DNA of 64,000 bases from NCBI GenBank assembly GCA_963849325.1, contig CAWKHF010000006.1, positions 608,001 to 672,000 on the forward strand, written 5' to 3'. How positions within the stretch are numbered: the first letter of the stretch is position 1; every line of letters begins with the position of its first letter. The notes under the pieces are model-generated. The model saw nothing but the letters and a program-made list of their open reading frames with translations. It was not told the origin of the DNA and did not search any database. Made by a program: the position numbers and the translations under genes. This stretch comes from an uncultured Planctomycetota bacterium (lineage in GTDB: Bacteria > Planctomycetota > Planctomycetia > Gemmatales > Gemmataceae). Positions 62,409-64,000 of this stretch are shown here, piece by piece.

Positions 62409-63401
62409 ATGCCGCTTGACTGGTCTCCGTTTGTCGATCTGGTGCGGCGCCATCGGCGCTTCGTGCTGACCACCCACGTCCGGCCCGATGGCGATGGACT
62501 CGGTTCGATGCTGGCCCTGGCCGACGTGCTCGAAGCGCCGCCGCACAACAAGACGGTGCGTCTGACGGTCGCCAGCGTGCTGCCGCCGCGCTACGACTTC
62601 CTCGATCCGGCGCGGCGCGTTCGCCGCTTCGAGTCGCCCGGCGACGTCTACCGCGACGCCGAGGCGGCGATCGTCCTCGACACCGGCACCTGGAACCAGC
62701 TCGGCGAGTTCGGCACGTTTCTGCGTTCGCTGCCGGCGCAAAAGCTCGTGATCGATCATCACCTGACGCAGGACGACCTGGGGGCCGTGCGTCTGGTGGA
62801 CACGACGGCCGAGGCGACTGGCCGGCTGGTCTTCGAGGCGATCGCGGCGCTGGGGGGTCCGGTGCCGGCGTCGGCGGCGCACGCCCTGTTCGTCGCCCTG
62901 GCCATGGACACCGGCTGGTTTCGCCACAACAACACCACGCCCGCCACCTTCACTCTCGCCTCCGAGTTGGTCCGTGCCGGCGCACGTCCGACCGAAGCCT
63001 ACGAATGCCTGTTCGAGCAGAACACGCTCGGCCGCATGAAGCTGACGGGGTTGGTGTTGTCGCGTTTGCAGGTGACGCACAACGGTCGGGTGGCGCACAC
63101 GGAGATTCGCCGCGACGATTACGCCTCGACCGGCGCGACGCCGCAGGACAGCGAAGACCTGGTCAATTACACGCGCGGCCTGGCGGGCGTGGAGGTCGGC
63201 CTGTTTTTCATGGAGCAGCCGCGCGGCGGCGTCAAAATCAGCTTCCGCTCGCGGCAGCACATCGACGTCGCCCTCCTGGCCGAACGCTTTGGCGGCGGCG
63301 GTCATCGCCTGGCCTCCGGCGCCATCCTCGACACGAGCCTCGATGAGGCTCGCAGGCGCGTCCTGGCCGCGGTTGGCGCGGCCCTCGACGCCACGCTTTG
63401 A
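62409..63401 (+). CDS. nrnA: DHH/DHHA1 phosphoesterase (NrnA-like)
   Basis: THVRPDGDGLGS, VLDT, IDHH, DTGWFR, KISFRS, GGGGH..ASG. Confidence 0.88.
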   Translation: MPLDWSPFVDLVRRHRRFVLTTHVRPDGDGLGSMLALADVLEAPPHNKTVRLTVASVLPPRYDFLDPARRVRRFESPGDVYRDAEAAIVLDTGTWNQLGEFGTFLRSLPAQKLVIDHHLTQDDLGAVRLVDTTAEATGRLVFEAIAALGGPVPASAAHALFVALAMDTGWFRHNNTTPATFTLASELVRAGARPTEAYECLFEQNTLGRMKLTGLVLSRLQVTHNGRVAHTEIRRDDYASTGATPQDSEDLVNYTRGLAGVEVGLFFMEQPRGGVKISFRSRQHIDVALLAERFGGGGHRLASGAILDTSLDEARRRVLAAVGAALDATL

Positions 63402-63423
63402 CCCACCGCGGGAACCCCACCTC

Positions 63424-64000
63424 ATGAACGGCACTCTTCAACCTCCGGCCGAACACGCTCCCCACGCCTTCAGCCTGCGCGATCTGCCCCTGGCGGCTCG
63501 CCTGACCCTGGCCCTCTTCCTCATCTCGGTCGGCATCGGTTACGTGTCGGCCCTGGTGCAGTTGCACTTTCAGCACGCCACGCCCGGCCAATTACTGCCC
63601 ACCACCGACGACGCCGTTCGCGTCTTCTTCGGCCACACCGGAGACAGGCCGCAAAGCAAGATCGAGCAACTGCTGCCGGAAGACTTTCAGGGCAAGAAGA
63701 TGAACGGTCAGGGCCAGATGACCAACGCTTTCTTCAAACGCGCGGAGGACTACGATGACGCCCTCCGCGAACGAGCGAAGGAACTGGCGAAAAAACAAGG
63801 CGGCAAGCCCAAAGCCCCGGCCATCAAGGAGGCGGCGAAAGAAGAAGTGGACCAGGAGCGCCACGGCGAGCGCCTGGCGATGATCGCCTGGGTGCGCGGC
63901 GGGGCGAACGAGGCGGAGTACAATGAGAACAAGTTTCCTCTGCCGGACGATCTGAGTAAGCGGCCGATGACTCGAACGTATCTTGTCGAGGAAGATGGCC
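63424..64000 (+). CDS. Hypothetical membrane protein (runs off right edge)
   Basis: Manual translation MNGTLQPP...LRDLPLAARLTLALFLISVGIGYVSALVQLHFQHA...; open to the end of the window. Confidence 0.7.
   Translation, partial: MNGTLQPPAEHAPHAFSLRDLPLAARLTLALFLISVGIGYVSALVQLHFQHATPGQLLPTTDDAVRVFFGHTGDRPQSKIEQLLPEDFQGKKMNGQGQMTNAFFKRAEDYDDALRERAKELAKKQGGKPKAPAIKEAAKEEVDQERHGERLAMIAWVRGGANEAEYNENKFPLPDDLSKRPMTRTYLVEEDG

Noticed and set aside
1-64000. tRNA or rRNA genes
   Set aside because: No cloverleaf/T-loop or rRNA-like conserved segments recognised; nearly all the sequence is accounted for by CDSs and short repeats.

Overview
GC-rich bacterial DNA, very likely from a planctomycete (Gemmataceae-like), judged from the 'LEARLVPS' extracellular signal, an ECF sigma/Ser-Thr kinase pair, a WD40 protein, a prenyltransferase-ExbBD cluster and H4MPT/methanofuran C1 genes. 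Many genes carry single-base frameshifts, most simply explained as long-read assembly indels. From left to right the window holds: a truncated RHS/YD protein; three Ser/Thr kinases; a duplicated cluster of five Rpn-like PD-(D/E)XK genes interleaved with kinase 5' remnants; eutB-[hicAB]-eutC; signalling genes; exbB-exbD-exbD-prenyltransferase; UDP-GlcA decarboxylase; glgP-crcB-DUF190, convergent with an alginate-export-family beta-barrel gene that is controlled by a fluoride riboswitch; hinT, RNase HII-like, ilvN, kbl, WD40 and tsaB; Moco genes next to an fwdD-B-A-ftr-C operon with an insert at every gene junction; an RND pump; and a DHH phosphoesterase. The strongest leads are: (1) all five Rpn-like genes, from two different families, have a strong internal RBS+ATG at the start of a more variable ~70-aa tail, suggesting a gene-within-gene toxin/antitoxin array that expands at a kinase 5' end; (2) a fluoride riboswitch drives an outer-membrane barrel rather than the neighbouring Fluc channel; (3) the bacterial FwdB keeps its Fe-S and pterin ligands; (4) a kinase-FGE protein has a DGR-like variable region; (5) several palindromic element families are present, one in-frame inside a gene and one flanked by a 17-bp duplication.
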